From: Thiomicrospira sp.
GTDB lineage: Bacteria > Pseudomonadota > Gammaproteobacteria > Thiomicrospirales > Thiomicrospiraceae
NCBI RefSeq assembly: GCF_036568485.1
Contig: NZ_DATCSL010000089.1
Span: 30,367-94,366, forward strand
DNA: 64,000 nt
Reading direction: 5' to 3'
This document shows positions 9,945-20,406 of the stretch, piece after piece. How positions within the stretch are numbered: position 1 is the first letter of the stretch; every line of letters starts with the position of its first letter. A program made the translations under genes and the position numbers. The notes beneath the pieces are model-generated. The model ran no database searches, had not been told where the DNA came from, and saw nothing but the letters and a program-made list of their open reading frames with translations.

Positions 9945-9962
9945 ATTCTTGGGCACTAATGT

Positions 9963-10712
9963 TTATTTCTTTTTATTGAAAATCACATCCGCTAAATCCA
10001 TCGGCAGTGGAAAGACAATGGTATTGGAGCGGTCGTTGGCAATTTCGGTTAGGGTTTGCAGATAACGCAACTGTAAGGCTTGCGGTTGTTGCGATAGGAT
10101 TTGCGCAGCTTCTAATAACTTTTGCGAAGCTTGCATTTCGCCTTCGGCATGAATCACTTTGGCGCGTCGGCTACGTTCGGCTTCGGCTTGTTTGGCGATA
10201 GCGCGAATCATACTTTCATCCAAATCCACATGCTTGATTTCGACATTGCTGACTTTGACACCCCAAGCATCGGTTTGTTCGTCGAGCGATTTTTGGATAT
10301 CAATGTTCAAACGATCTCGTTCGGCGAGCATTTCATCCAGCTCATGCTGACCTAACACCGAACGCAAGGTGGTTTGCGAGAGCTGACTAATCGCTTCGTG
10401 AAAATCTTCGACTTGGATAATGGCTTTATCCGGTTCAATCACGCGGAAATACACCACCGCATTCACATGCACGGATACGTTATCGCGCGAAATCACATCT
10501 TGGCTGGGCACGTCCATCACAACAGTGCGTAAATCCACTCTTTCCATTTGCTGAATGAGCGGAATCACGATAATAATGCCCGGCCCTTTTACCTTGGTAA
10601 AACGCCCTAACATAAAAATAACGCCACGTTCGTATTCACGCAGAATTCGGATGGCGCTGACAAAAAATAATACGACCAGCCCGAACACGATATAAAGTGC
10701 AAACATACTCAT
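9963..10712 (-). CDS. qmcA: SPFH/band-7 (stomatin-like, QmcA-type) membrane protein
   Basis: 249 aa with an N-terminal TM helix, an SPFH domain and a coiled coil ([17 protein letters not shown]). It overlaps the upstream nfeD stop (ATGA-type overlap). Confidence 0.88.
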   Translation of the reverse strand: MSMFALYIVFGLVVLFFVSAIRILREYERGVIFMLGRFTKVKGPGIIIVIPLIQQMERVDLRTVVMDVPSQDVISRDNVSVHVNAVVYFRVIEPDKAIIQVEDFHEAISQLSQTTLRSVLGQHELDEMLAERDRLNIDIQKSLDEQTDAWGVKVSNVEIKHVDLDESMIRAIAKQAEAERSRRAKVIHAEGEMQASQKLLEAAQILSQQPQALQLRYLQTLTEIANDRSNTIVFPLPMDLADVIFNKKK

Positions 10713-12121
10713 GTTACATCCTCCTTTTGTGGATTTTCAGAATCCAGCGGCTCAACGCTAAGAATCAGGTTTTTAAGACCGGTGACTTTGACGGTTTGCG
10801 CTTTCTTTAGAGGCTTATGGGTGATAGCTTGCCAATGTTCTCCGTGCATAATGACTGAACCTTTTTCATCAAAATCTTCAATCACCACCGCTTCACTGCC
10901 AATCAAAGCCTCCAAACCGCTGACGATTTGACTACGAGTGGATTTCACCGCCAACCACAATATTGCGCCTAACACCAATACACTCAAAACCGTAAGACTA
11001 ATAATCAAGGATAAATCGATGCCATAAGCCGGTTGATCGGTATCCATTAAAATGATGGAACCGATCACAAACGAGGCAATACCGCCCAGTCCCAATACAC
11101 CAAAACTCGGATCAAACGCTTCAGCAATCATCAACGCGACCCCGAGAAAAATCAGCGCCAAACCAGCATAATTAACCGGCAATAATTGAAAGGCATACAA
11201 AGCCAGCAATAACGCAATCGCCCCCACAATGCCTGGAAAAAAACCACCTGGATTAAAAAACTCCAGAATCAGGCCATAAATGCCGACTAAAAGCAGAATA
11301 TAGGCAATATTGGGATTGGTGATCACACTCAATAATTGACTGCGCCAATCGGGTAAAATTTCGACGACTTGGGCATTAGCGGTATTAAGTTGATGGGGTT
11401 GCTGATGAATAATGACCTTACGGCCATCAAGCTGATTTAATAAATCGGCTCGACTGTTGGCAATTAAATCAATCACATTTTGCTTTAACGCTCCATCTGC
11501 GGATAAACTCGCAGCTTGGCGCACGGCTTTTTCCGCCCATTCGGCATTGCGTCCACGCAGTTGCGCCAAACCTTGAATGTAAGCAACCGCATCATTGATG
11601 ACTTTGCGTTTAGACGGGTCTTGCATGGCCTGCTCTAACCCAGCCTCGTTAGGTGCTTGGGTTTCGCTGGTATTATCTGACGCGGAACTGGGTTTGATGT
11701 CTGGCGGAGAAAACCCGCCGATTTGTACGGGCGTTGCCGCACCAAGATTCGTGCCGGGCGCCATTGCCGCAATATGACTGGCATACAGAATATAAGTACC
11801 CGCGCTGGCGGCTCGTGCGCCGCTGGGTGACACATAGGTTACGACCGGAATGTTGGCATTAGCGATGTTTTTGATAATCGCGCGCATAGCCGAATCTAGG
11901 CCACCCGGCGTATCCATTTTCAGAATAATAAGTTGGGCTTGCTGAGCTTCGGCTTTTTGAATACCGCGTTGAATATAATCCTGAGTGGCTGGGCCGACGC
12001 CGCCCCCAATGCTCAATTCAACCACCAGGCCTGGTGCTTTATTGGCTGAGACATTATTGAAACCCAATAAGGCCATTAAAATAAATGCCCAAAGCGTAAA
12101 ACGGCTTGTAATTCGCTGCAT
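10709..12121 (-). CDS. NfeD-family membrane-bound ClpP-class serine protease
   Basis: 470 aa with a signal peptide, a ClpP-like domain, a multi-TM segment and a C-terminal NfeD OB-fold. It pairs with the SPFH gene in the classic arrangement. Confidence 0.85.
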   Translation of the reverse strand: MQRITSRFTLWAFILMALLGFNNVSANKAPGLVVELSIGGGVGPATQDYIQRGIQKAEAQQAQLIILKMDTPGGLDSAMRAIIKNIANANIPVVTYVSPSGARAASAGTYILYASHIAAMAPGTNLGAATPVQIGGFSPPDIKPSSASDNTSETQAPNEAGLEQAMQDPSKRKVINDAVAYIQGLAQLRGRNAEWAEKAVRQAASLSADGALKQNVIDLIANSRADLLNQLDGRKVIIHQQPHQLNTANAQVVEILPDWRSQLLSVITNPNIAYILLLVGIYGLILEFFNPGGFFPGIVGAIALLLALYAFQLLPVNYAGLALIFLGVALMIAEAFDPSFGVLGLGGIASFVIGSIILMDTDQPAYGIDLSLIISLTVLSVLVLGAILWLAVKSTRSQIVSGLEALIGSEAVVIEDFDEKGSVIMHGEHWQAITHKPLKKAQTVKVTGLKNLILSVEPLDSENPQKEDVT

Positions 12122-12192
12122 AACTTAGCTCCTTACGGGATACATATCCTGCTTTCCACTTTACGCTTCTTAACTAAGATTTCAAGCCAAAA

Positions 12193-12969
12193 TCAAATAC
12201 TTAAACGGGCATTAGGATCTTGCCGATAAAACAAACATAATTGCTCATAAACTGCAGGAAAATGGTGATTCAGCAAATGAGGTGCGGTAAAAAAGTACTC
12301 CGTTGAGACAGCAAAAAATTCAGCTGGATCTGTCGCCGCATACGGATTAATAGCCGGATGATGGCCATGTTCGACTTGATGTTGTAGTTGCTCAAAAGCC
12401 TTACTAAAAGCTTGCGTCCAGTGTTCGCGATTCATGGTTTTATGCAATGACGGCATGCCATTAGCCGCGCCATTGAGCATATCTAACTTATGCGCAAACT
12501 CATGTAACACAAGATTACGCCCTGGTGTGAATTCGTCCGACTCAGCCTTAAAGCTCTGCCATTCCAACACCACCGGGCCAGTTAACCAAGCTTCACCCCC
12601 TAAAACTTGCGCTTGATGCACTACTACGCCCAATTCGTCCGTTTCATCGCGCTCAACCACAAACGCGGTTGGGTAAACGATGATATCGCGCCAGCCTTGG
12701 TAGTAATCCAAACCCAACTCTAAAATCAATAAACAAGCATGCGCCGAAATCGTCAGCGCCATCGATTGCGTTAAATTGAAGTCATCGCTTGCACGAAAGT
12801 TTTTTTGATACTTAAATAAGGTGGTCAGTTCGCGCAAATGGGCTTTTTGCACCGAACTTAGGTCTGCAAATAGCGGATCTTTTGCCATTAGGTTATGCCA
12901 AAACTCGTGCCCAATTGGCTCACGTTTTAAAACACGCCTTACTTGCCAGTGCTTAATCCAGCTCATCAA
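12193..12969 (-). CDS. mtfA: M90-family zinc peptidase MtfA
   Basis: Collinear with E. coli MtfA, including LHEFAHKLD (HExxH) and DPAEFFAV..EYFF.AP. Confidence 0.85.
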   Translation of the reverse strand: MMSWIKHWQVRRVLKREPIGHEFWHNLMAKDPLFADLSSVQKAHLRELTTLFKYQKNFRASDDFNLTQSMALTISAHACLLILELGLDYYQGWRDIIVYPTAFVVERDETDELGVVVHQAQVLGGEAWLTGPVVLEWQSFKAESDEFTPGRNLVLHEFAHKLDMLNGAANGMPSLHKTMNREHWTQAFSKAFEQLQHQVEHGHHPAINPYAATDPAEFFAVSTEYFFTAPHLLNHHFPAVYEQLCLFYRQDPNARLSI

Positions 12970-13143
12970 TCAATCCATTCCACCATTTTTCGATATTAAC
13001 GCGTCGATAAGCTTAGCTTGGTTTTCAATTCAATAGTAGTCAAAATTGCTCGAGTCTCGCTGGCCAGTTTCGCTTGCTCCAGAACCACGAGTCTTTATAA
13101 TCAAACCCACAGTCTCATTTAAACAAAACAGGTCAAACCACAT

Positions 13144-14085
13144 ATGAATCACCCTACTAAAAACTCGACACCCGCTAAAAATAAAACGGTTTCATTGGTG
13201 TTAGGCAGCGGTGGCGCACGTGGTTTAGCGCACATTGGCGTGATTCGTTGTTTAGAAGAAAAAGGTTACCAAATTTGCTCGATCTCCGGTTGCTCGATGG
13301 GCGCGTTAATTGGCGGCCTCTACGCCACCGGCAAACTCGATGCTTATGAAGACTGGTTAAAACAGCTCAGCAAAACCGAGTTACTAGGATTAATAGATGT
13401 ATCTTGGAACAGCAGTGGCCTGATTAAAGGCGAAAAACTCTTTAATAAACTGGCCGATTTTTTGGGTGATGTGCAAATCGAAGATTTGGATATCGCCTAC
13501 ACCGCTGTGGCGACCGACATTGATCACGAAAAAGAAGTTTGGCTGCAAACCGGTTTGTTGCATAAAGCGATCCGTGCCTCAATTTCATTACCCATGATTT
13601 TCACACCATATGAACATCATGGCATGACATTGATTGATGGCGGGGTGCTCAACCCAGTGCCGATCGCCCCCACTTTTAGCGACCACAATGATTTAATTAT
13701 TGCGGTGAACTTGGGCGGTAAACCCCAAGACAAGGTGCAAGAGACGCCTGAAAACGACAAGCAAAACTCGTCTGAATCGTCTGATTGGTTAGGTCACCTA
13801 AACGGTATAACCGATACGATTAAAGATTTTTTTGTCGAGAAATTTGGTCAGCAAAAAGACAAGTCCATAGGACTGGATTGGGATGTGCTGGATATCAGTA
13901 ATCGTGCCTTCGACAGCATGCAAAACACCATTGCCCGCCAAAAACTGGCGAGTTATCCGCCAGACTTTACAATTGATATTCCGCGTAATGCCTGCGGCAT
14001 GTTGGAATTTAACCAAGTTGAGCGCATGGTGAAATTAGGTTATGAACAAGCTGAAAAAGCCTTAAGCACCAGGCCTGGTAATTAA
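13144..14085 (+). CDS. patatin-like phospholipase (RssA-like)
   Basis: Contains GSGGARG (oxyanion), GCSMGA (GxSxG) and the DGG catalytic Asp. The last five codons are supplied by an iterated palindrome copy. Confidence 0.85.
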   Translation: MNHPTKNSTPAKNKTVSLVLGSGGARGLAHIGVIRCLEEKGYQICSISGCSMGALIGGLYATGKLDAYEDWLKQLSKTELLGLIDVSWNSSGLIKGEKLFNKLADFLGDVQIEDLDIAYTAVATDIDHEKEVWLQTGLLHKAIRASISLPMIFTPYEHHGMTLIDGGVLNPVPIAPTFSDHNDLIIAVNLGGKPQDKVQETPENDKQNSSESSDWLGHLNGITDTIKDFFVEKFGQQKDKSIGLDWDVLDISNRAFDSMQNTIARQKLASYPPDFTIDIPRNACGMLEFNQVERMVKLGYEQAEKALSTRPGN

Positions 14086-14107
14086 GCTGGCAAGTGCTAA
14101 TATTTAT

Positions 14108-14398
14108 TTAGACTGTTTTAGGTGTGCGGTAGCCGGGCTTGACAAGAATTTCAATATAACAAGATGGCCAATTTTGCGCTTCAGCTTGATTTAACGAAGC
14201 ATCTATTTCGGCGATATGAATCACCCTACTACTCGTCGCCTGCTCGCCAAAACGGCAATCAAAATCCCAAAAATCCGCCCCTGCCGGCAAAGTTTTAGCG
14301 CGTTCGCGCTTTAAATATTTACGAACATCGTGTTTAACCGCTTCAATTAATCGAGCTGGTTGGATTTTTTCGTGGGTTAAGCTAAAGGTTTTTTTCAT
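14108..14398 (-). CDS. small conserved hypothetical protein (possibly DUF6172-type; from memory, unverified)
   Basis: 96-aa ORF, basic, with no TM helix, convergent with the patatin gene. Confidence 0.5.
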   Translation of the reverse strand: MKKTFSLTHEKIQPARLIEAVKHDVRKYLKRERAKTLPAGADFWDFDCRFGEQATSSRVIHIAEIDASLNQAEAQNWPSCYIEILVKPGYRTPKTV

Positions 14399-14556
14399 GG
14401 CGATCTCGATAGAGCTGGAATAAGAAACTAAGGTATGGATTATAGAGACTTTTGTTAACTGGATTGATATTTAATGCGTGCAAAGCCGATTTATTAACCA
14501 ATAAACTGCATAAGTTTTGTAAACTGTTGGCTTTAATTTAAACAGTGAATTTTAGA

Positions 14557-15165
14557 ATGAGTCACGACGATAAGAAATCCCAGTATCATAAAATCCGTAT
14601 GGCGCGTAAAAAGGCGCAAATTGATGCCGCGATTGCACGTGCCGACCAAAAAAAGGGCTTGTTAATTGTCATCACCGGTCATGGCAAAGGCAAATCCACC
14701 TCCGCCTTTGGCTCCATTGCTCGCGCACTAGGACATGGCTTGAAAGTGGGTGTCTGCCAGTTTATTAAAAGCCGCACCGATACCGGCGAAGAAGCCTTTT
14801 TTAACGCCCAACCCAATTGCGAATGGCATGTACTGGGCGATGGTTTTACCTGGGACACCCAAGACCGTCAACAAGACATCGCGACCTCACAGCGCGGTTG
14901 GCAAGTTGCCACCCAAATGCTGACTGACCCAAGTTATGACTTAGTGGTATTAGACGAATTAACCTATTTGCTCAGCTACGATTATTTGGATAAAGACACG
15001 GTACTTAATATCATTATGGAGCGACCTGAAGGCCAACACGTGATTGTCACTGGCCGCTCTGCGATTGCGGAATTACGTGAACTGGCGGATACCGTGTCGG
15101 AAATTCAAGACGAAAAACACGCTTACAAAAGTGGCATTCAAGCCCAACCAGGTATTGATTTTTAA
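14557..15165 (+). CDS. cobO: cob(I)yrinic acid a,c-diamide adenosyltransferase
   Basis: P-loop GHGKGKSTSAFG and the …LDELTY… motif typical of BtuR/CobO. I prefer the ATG at 14557 to the GTG at 14545. Confidence 0.9.
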   Translation: MSHDDKKSQYHKIRMARKKAQIDAAIARADQKKGLLIVITGHGKGKSTSAFGSIARALGHGLKVGVCQFIKSRTDTGEEAFFNAQPNCEWHVLGDGFTWDTQDRQQDIATSQRGWQVATQMLTDPSYDLVVLDELTYLLSYDYLDKDTVLNIIMERPEGQHVIVTGRSAIAELRELADTVSEIQDEKHAYKSGIQAQPGIDF

Positions 15166-16247
15166 TGTCTCAACACGGTGGTCAATTTTTTGAGTTTGCT
15201 CAACGCCAAGGTTTAAGCCCGCAACAAGCTTTGGCGAGAGTATTGGATTTTTCCGCCAGCATTAACCCAAACCAACCGCGTTACGATTTAACCCTGCAAC
15301 CGGCTTTATGGTCACATTATCCGCCACAACAAGCACACGATTTGCGGGTGGCGATCGCTGAAAAGTTTCAGTTAGCTACCGATCATATTCGTTTAACCAA
15401 TGGCATTTCGAGCGCGATTTTGAGTTTGTTTGCGCACTTGCGCCCTCACACCACCCTGCTTTTCACGCCCTTGTACGGCGAATATCAGCGGGCAGCGGCG
15501 TTTTATAGCCAAACCACGATTGAGCTTAAACGCGATTTTAATCAGCCTGACCACCAGGCCTGGTGCTTGCCCGATCTGCCAGCCAATAGTCTGGTGGTAT
15601 TTGTGAATCCCAGCACGCCGGATGGCCATTATTATGCGCCACATAAACTCGAAAAACTGATTGCCCATTGGCGTAAACAAGATTGTTGGGTGGTGATGGA
15701 TGAATCCTTTTTGCCATTTTTGGGATTTGAGCATGATCTCAGTTTTCGCCGATACCTGAAAGACTGGCCAAAGCTCATTATTATGCAATCCTTAACCAAA
15801 TATTACGCTTGTCCAGGTTTGCGTGTGGGTGCGGTGTTTGCGCAACCGGACTGGCTAAAAACTTGGCCACAAGCAGCTTGGCCGATTTCTTATCTGGATA
15901 GTCAATTATTGCAACAAGCGCTACAAGACCCAGACTTTGATAACCACAACCAGGCCTGGTTGTTGAGCGCCAAAGCCGATTTAATCCAACGCCTGCAAAG
16001 TTGTACGTTGCTCAAAAAAGTGATGCCGGGTTCAGCCAATTTTGTATTGGTGCAAACCCAACAGCCGGCTCAACAGATTGCCCAAGCCTTGGAGGATCAG
16101 CAGATTTTAGTCCGAGCTTGTGATAGTTTTGGGGTCGAATTAGGCCAAGATCACCTGCGCATTTCCGTGCAAACCCCGACTCACCACCAACGTTTAATAC
16201 ACGCTTTTAACCAACTTAACCAGGAAACACCCCATGCTATTATTTGA
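15165..16247 (+). CDS. cobD: threonine-phosphate decarboxylase (class I/II aminotransferase fold)
   Basis: 360 aa with the PLP-lysine context QSLTKYYACPGLRVG. It sits between cobO and cbiB. Confidence 0.8.
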   Translation: MSQHGGQFFEFAQRQGLSPQQALARVLDFSASINPNQPRYDLTLQPALWSHYPPQQAHDLRVAIAEKFQLATDHIRLTNGISSAILSLFAHLRPHTTLLFTPLYGEYQRAAAFYSQTTIELKRDFNQPDHQAWCLPDLPANSLVVFVNPSTPDGHYYAPHKLEKLIAHWRKQDCWVVMDESFLPFLGFEHDLSFRRYLKDWPKLIIMQSLTKYYACPGLRVGAVFAQPDWLKTWPQAAWPISYLDSQLLQQALQDPDFDNHNQAWLLSAKADLIQRLQSCTLLKKVMPGSANFVLVQTQQPAQQIAQALEDQQILVRACDSFGVELGQDHLRISVQTPTHHQRLIHAFNQLNQETPHAII

Positions 16248-17160
16248 TCCCAGCTGGATTTTAATCAGCGCCTTATTAGCGATCCTTTTCGACCGATTTT
16301 TTGGCGAATTTATGGGACGTGCGCATCCAGTAATTGGGCTGGGAAAACTGATTAGCTGGTTTGAAAAGCGATATTATGCCGATTCGATTTTACGCGGTGC
16401 CGGTTTAGTTTTTAGCTTGTTGATATTCAGTTTATTGGCCGCCACAATCGTCAGCTTGTTACTGTTTACCCTGCCTTTATGGCTGCACTTATTCATTAAT
16501 GGTTTATTAGCTTCGACCTTGATTGCGCATCGTATGTTGCGTGACCAAGTGGCCGGTCTCATCACCCACCCGCAACCTCAACAAGCCGTGGCGATGTTAG
16601 TGAGCCGCGACACACAAGACCTGGATCAAAGTGATTGTTTTAAAGCGGGTGTCGAAACCTATGCGGAAAATTTAAGCGATGGCGTCATTGCACCGATGTT
16701 TTACTTTTTATTGTTTGGCCTACCAGGCCTGGTTGTTTACAAGGCGATCAACACCATGGATTCAATGGTCGGCTATCGCAACGCACGCTACGAGCGTTTT
16801 GGTAAGGTCGCGGCACGTTTGGATGACGTGGCAAACTGGTTACCGGCTCGCATCACGGCCTTATGGATGGCATTGCTGAGTTCCAAAGTTGGACTGTTTA
16901 GTTGGTGGCGTCAAGCAGGTGGGCATGCCAGCCCCAACGCGGGTTATCCAATTGCGGCGATGGCTTGGCGAATTGGTGCACAGTTGGGCGGCCCCACCCG
17001 CTACTTTGGTGAGCTGACGGATAAACCCTATTTTGGTGATCCACAGTCACCCAAACAACTGGAGGCCAGCCATTTAAAACGGGCGTTAAGTTTAAGCTTG
17101 CCGCTCGACTTAGGCATGATTTTATTGATCTTAATTGGGCTGCTTTATCATGTGGTTTAA
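16234..17160 (+). CDS. cbiB: adenosylcobinamide-phosphate synthase
   Basis: 308-aa CobD/CbiB-family membrane protein (…AHPV…MDSMVGY…GHASPNAG). Confidence 0.9.
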   Translation: MLLFDPSWILISALLAILFDRFFGEFMGRAHPVIGLGKLISWFEKRYYADSILRGAGLVFSLLIFSLLAATIVSLLLFTLPLWLHLFINGLLASTLIAHRMLRDQVAGLITHPQPQQAVAMLVSRDTQDLDQSDCFKAGVETYAENLSDGVIAPMFYFLLFGLPGLVVYKAINTMDSMVGYRNARYERFGKVAARLDDVANWLPARITALWMALLSSKVGLFSWWRQAGGHASPNAGYPIAAMAWRIGAQLGGPTRYFGELTDKPYFGDPQSPKQLEASHLKRALSLSLPLDLGMILLILIGLLYHVV

Positions 17161-17164
17161 ATTG

Positions 17165-18013
17165 ATGAACTTCAAAAAACTCAGTATTTACAGTTTTTTA
17201 ATTAGCCTATTATTTACCAGCTGGGCGGCCCAAGCTGAACCAGCGGCCAAACGCATTATTTCACTTGCTCCCAGTTTAACCGAGTTGGTTTATTCAGCCG
17301 GTGCAGGCGATCAATTGGTAGGCGTGGTCAACTACTCCGATTACCCTGAAGCCGCCTTGTCGCTTCCGATTGTCGGTAGTTATAACGCACTTAATTTTGA
17401 AGTGATTATGCAACTCAAACCAGACTTAGTATTAGCCTGGCAATCTGGCAATCGTCCGCAAGATTTGGATCGTTTAGAACGCCTGGGGTTAAATCTATTG
17501 ATTCGTGATACCCAAGGTTTAGATGCTATTCCGAATTTGATCGAAGAAATCGGTCGGGTGAGCCAACAAACGCAGACCGCCAGAACGGAGGCCAAACGAC
17601 TGCGTGAGCAACTAAACCAATTACGAAAACATTATCAAGATGCGCCAAAAGTGCGGGTGTTTTATCAAGTTTGGCATCAACCCACCATCACCATTAATGG
17701 CGAACAGTTTATTAGCCAAGCGATTGAAGTGTGTGGTGGCACCAATGTATTTGCCGATTTAAGTGCGCTCGCACCGCATGTCAACCGCGAAGCCGTGATT
17801 CAGCAAAATCCAGACATGATTTTACTGGGTGGGTTGGATCATGTTCAACAACAATGGCTTGCCGAATGGCAGAAAATTGCACAACTCAAGGCGGTTAAAA
17901 ACGGCCATATCTATCCTTTAAACGCCGATCATTTTCAACGCCCAACCGCACGTTTAATTGATGCACTTGATAACTTATGTCAGTTAATGGATAAAGCTCG
18001 CGCTCAAGATTAA
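17165..18013 (+). CDS. btuF: periplasmic cobalamin-binding protein (BtuF-like)
   Basis: Signal peptide MNFKKLSIYSFLISLLFTSWAAQA, then …RIISLAPSLTELVY…PDLVLAW. The start is uncertain (ATG at 17150 or 17165; TTG at 17135). Confidence 0.75.
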   Translation: MNFKKLSIYSFLISLLFTSWAAQAEPAAKRIISLAPSLTELVYSAGAGDQLVGVVNYSDYPEAALSLPIVGSYNALNFEVIMQLKPDLVLAWQSGNRPQDLDRLERLGLNLLIRDTQGLDAIPNLIEEIGRVSQQTQTARTEAKRLREQLNQLRKHYQDAPKVRVFYQVWHQPTITINGEQFISQAIEVCGGTNVFADLSALAPHVNREAVIQQNPDMILLGGLDHVQQQWLAEWQKIAQLKAVKNGHIYPLNADHFQRPTARLIDALDNLCQLMDKARAQD

Positions 18014-18730
18014 TAAAGCGCCGATTTCTAATACTTCAGTCATCAAACCCGCGCCATCGCCATTCATGCCGCCCAAATAGCGAATCAATAACCAACGTAC
18101 CCAAAACCAAGCCAACACAATCAGCACCAGGCCTGGTGCTTTAACGATCATCAAACCAAGCGCGATCACCAACCACAACCAAACCATTTTGCGATTCAGA
18201 TGACGAAACATGGTTTCAGCCATGCCATTTTGTGACGCATAAGGTGTCGTCATCATTAACATAAGCGAGCCAATGCGTGCCCAAAAAGGAATCAATACCA
18301 ACAAAACCAACCAATCGGTTTGTAATAGTTGAGTTAACAAAACCCACTTGGTTAACAAAATCAACCCGATTGCCACCCCGCCACCTGTGCCGATTCGGCT
18401 GTCTTTCATTATTTCTAAAGCACGGGTTTTGTCACCACAGCTGCCCAACCAAGCATCGGCAAAATCCGCCGCGCCATCAATATGTAAGCCGCCCGTGCTC
18501 CACACCCAAGCCAGTAAGATAATTAAGGCGACAACTGACTCTGACCACCAGGCCTGCAAGCTTGTCAAAGCCCATAAACCCAAACCAATGAATAAGCCAA
18601 CCAATGGCAACCAGGCCAAACTGCGCCCCATTTCTTCGGAGCTCACCGAGGCATATTGCGGGGTTGGCCAGCGCGTAAAAAACTGTACCGCTAACCAAAA
18701 CGATTTAAAAAAGCGTTTAAAGGCATTCAT
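17984..18730 (-). CDS. cobS: adenosylcobinamide-GDP ribazoletransferase (cobalamin synthase)
   Basis: 248-aa polytopic membrane protein of the CobS family. Its 3' end overlaps the btuF-like gene convergently by 30 nt. Confidence 0.88.
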   Translation of the reverse strand: MNAFKRFFKSFWLAVQFFTRWPTPQYASVSSEEMGRSLAWLPLVGLFIGLGLWALTSLQAWWSESVVALIILLAWVWSTGGLHIDGAADFADAWLGSCGDKTRALEIMKDSRIGTGGGVAIGLILLTKWVLLTQLLQTDWLVLLVLIPFWARIGSLMLMMTTPYASQNGMAETMFRHLNRKMVWLWLVIALGLMIVKAPGLVLIVLAWFWVRWLLIRYLGGMNGDGAGLMTEVLEIGALLILSASFIH

Positions 18731-19335
18731 TATAAATTTCCTGGTCGAATCTCAACCAACTGCACAAACGGTTGAGTTTGAGTAGGCGTGACTTCCAATA
18801 AAATTTGCACACCGTAATCGAGTTTAAGCTGGAATAAAGCCTGATCCGCTAAGCCTAATATTTGCTGCATCAATAATCGTAAAACACCACCATGCGTAAT
18901 ACATAAAATGTCTTGTGCTGGATGATTTAATAGCGCCCACCAGGCCTGGTTTAAACGTGCGCGCATTTGATCCCAGCTTTCGGCTTGCGGCATCACATAA
19001 TTAAATGGATCATCGTAATAAGCCTGTAAATCAGACGGCTTGATATCGGCGCTATGCAAGCCATCCCAACTTCCCCAGTCACGCTCTTGCAAGCCATCCA
19101 GATAGTCAACTTGAAGCTTGTTTGATTTTGCCACCTGCTCGGCTAAAGTTCGGCAGCGTTGCAAAGGGGAACTGACTACCGCATCAAAAGGTTTTTTTTG
19201 CAACCTCTCCACTAGTTGCTGGCTAGATGACGCACACGCCTGAAGGTCGGTGCGACCGATAAACAAACCCGTGGTGTCCGACACCAATTTCGCGTGACGA
19301 ACCAGTTGTATGCGTTTCGGTTGCAACGAACTCAT
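18730..19335 (-). CDS. cobC: alpha-ribazole phosphatase (histidine phosphatase family)
   Basis: Contains the LVRHAK (RHG-type) motif and ITHGGV. It lies between cobT and cobS. Confidence 0.82.
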   Translation of the reverse strand: MSSLQPKRIQLVRHAKLVSDTTGLFIGRTDLQACASSSQQLVERLQKKPFDAVVSSPLQRCRTLAEQVAKSNKLQVDYLDGLQERDWGSWDGLHSADIKPSDLQAYYDDPFNYVMPQAESWDQMRARLNQAWWALLNHPAQDILCITHGGVLRLLMQQILGLADQALFQLKLDYGVQILLEVTPTQTQPFVQLVEIRPGNL

Positions 19336-20381
19336 GCGCCGCTACTTACCGAGGCTTCGGCAAAGGTTGCCATTTGGTTGTGCAAAACACAGGCTTGTTG
19401 CAATAACGGCCAAGCAATCGCCGCCCCCGAGCCTTCACCTAAACGTAAATCCAATTGCAACAAAGGCTTCACACCTAAAAAATCCAATGCGATTTTATGA
19501 GCCGGTTCGACCGATAAATGACTAAAAACCCACCAGTCTTTCGCTTGCGGTGCAATCGCATTCGCCACTAATGCCGCCGAAGTGGTAATCACACCATCCA
19601 CTAAAACCGGTAAACCCAATTGCGCACAACGCAAATAAGCCCCCGTTAAAGCCGCTATCTCAAAACCGCCCACACACGCCAAAATATCTAAGGGTTGGGC
19701 TGGCTTTAAACTTGAGGCATGGCGATCCAAAACCTGTTTTAAAATCTCAACTTTGTGCGCAACACCCGCTGAATCTAATCCCGTACCGGCCCCCACTAGA
19801 GGCGCAATTTCGGTTTGCATCAGACAGGCGAGCAGTAAACTAGACGAAGCGGTATTGGCAATCCCCATTTCACCGGCAATAAAACAAGATGCACCAGCCT
19901 GATACGCCCTTTCAGCCGCACGCTTTCCAACCTCTAAAGCCTGCTGACATTCAGCTTGAGTCATAGCTGGCTGATTTAAGGCATTAGCCGTACCGTAGCC
20001 CACTTTATCGACCACCAGGCCTGGTTGTTTGGCAAAATCCGCTTTGACACCGACATCCACCACTTCAAAAGGCACTTGGTGTTGACGTGCCAATACCGTG
20101 ATTGCCGCCCCACCTGATATAAAGTTTTGCACCATTTGAGCGGTCACCTGCTGCGGAAACGCCGACACACCCGCTTCAGCCAAGCCATGATCAGCGGCAA
20201 AAACGCTAATCCAGGCCTGGTGCATAGTTGGTTTATCGGTGCCCTGCATCGCCGCTAATCGAACCGCTAATCGCTCTAACTCACCCAACGAACCAGCCGG
20301 TTTGGTGAGTTGTGTTTGACGAGCTTCGGCCTGAGCTTGAGCTTGGACATCTAAAACTTTTACTGGCTCGTTTAGCCACAT
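19332..20381 (-). CDS. cobT: nicotinate-nucleotide--dimethylbenzimidazole phosphoribosyltransferase
   Basis: 349 aa with LTKPAGSLG.LE and GEMGIANT motifs. Confidence 0.92.
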   Translation of the reverse strand: MWLNEPVKVLDVQAQAQAEARQTQLTKPAGSLGELERLAVRLAAMQGTDKPTMHQAWISVFAADHGLAEAGVSAFPQQVTAQMVQNFISGGAAITVLARQHQVPFEVVDVGVKADFAKQPGLVVDKVGYGTANALNQPAMTQAECQQALEVGKRAAERAYQAGASCFIAGEMGIANTASSSLLLACLMQTEIAPLVGAGTGLDSAGVAHKVEILKQVLDRHASSLKPAQPLDILACVGGFEIAALTGAYLRCAQLGLPVLVDGVITTSAALVANAIAPQAKDWWVFSHLSVEPAHKIALDFLGVKPLLQLDLRLGEGSGAAIAWPLLQQACVLHNQMATFAEASVSSGA

Positions 20382-20406
20382 ACTGCTTGTCCTTTATAAA
20401 TGCGGC

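Noticed and set aside
9784-10065. A 93-aa plus-strand ORF spanning the higB 5' end, the spacer and the SPFH 3' end. The same applies to 9532-9729 and 7768-7953.
   Set aside because: They overlap well-supported genes on the opposite strand and cross an intergenic palindrome, so they are most likely spurious.
14399-14556. A possible second cobalamin riboswitch upstream of cobO, and likewise at 20914-21105 upstream of cobU on the minus strand.
   Set aside because: On the relevant strands I found neither the GGGAA…GCTGCCCCCGCAAC core nor a B12 box. A covariance-model scan would be needed to be certain.
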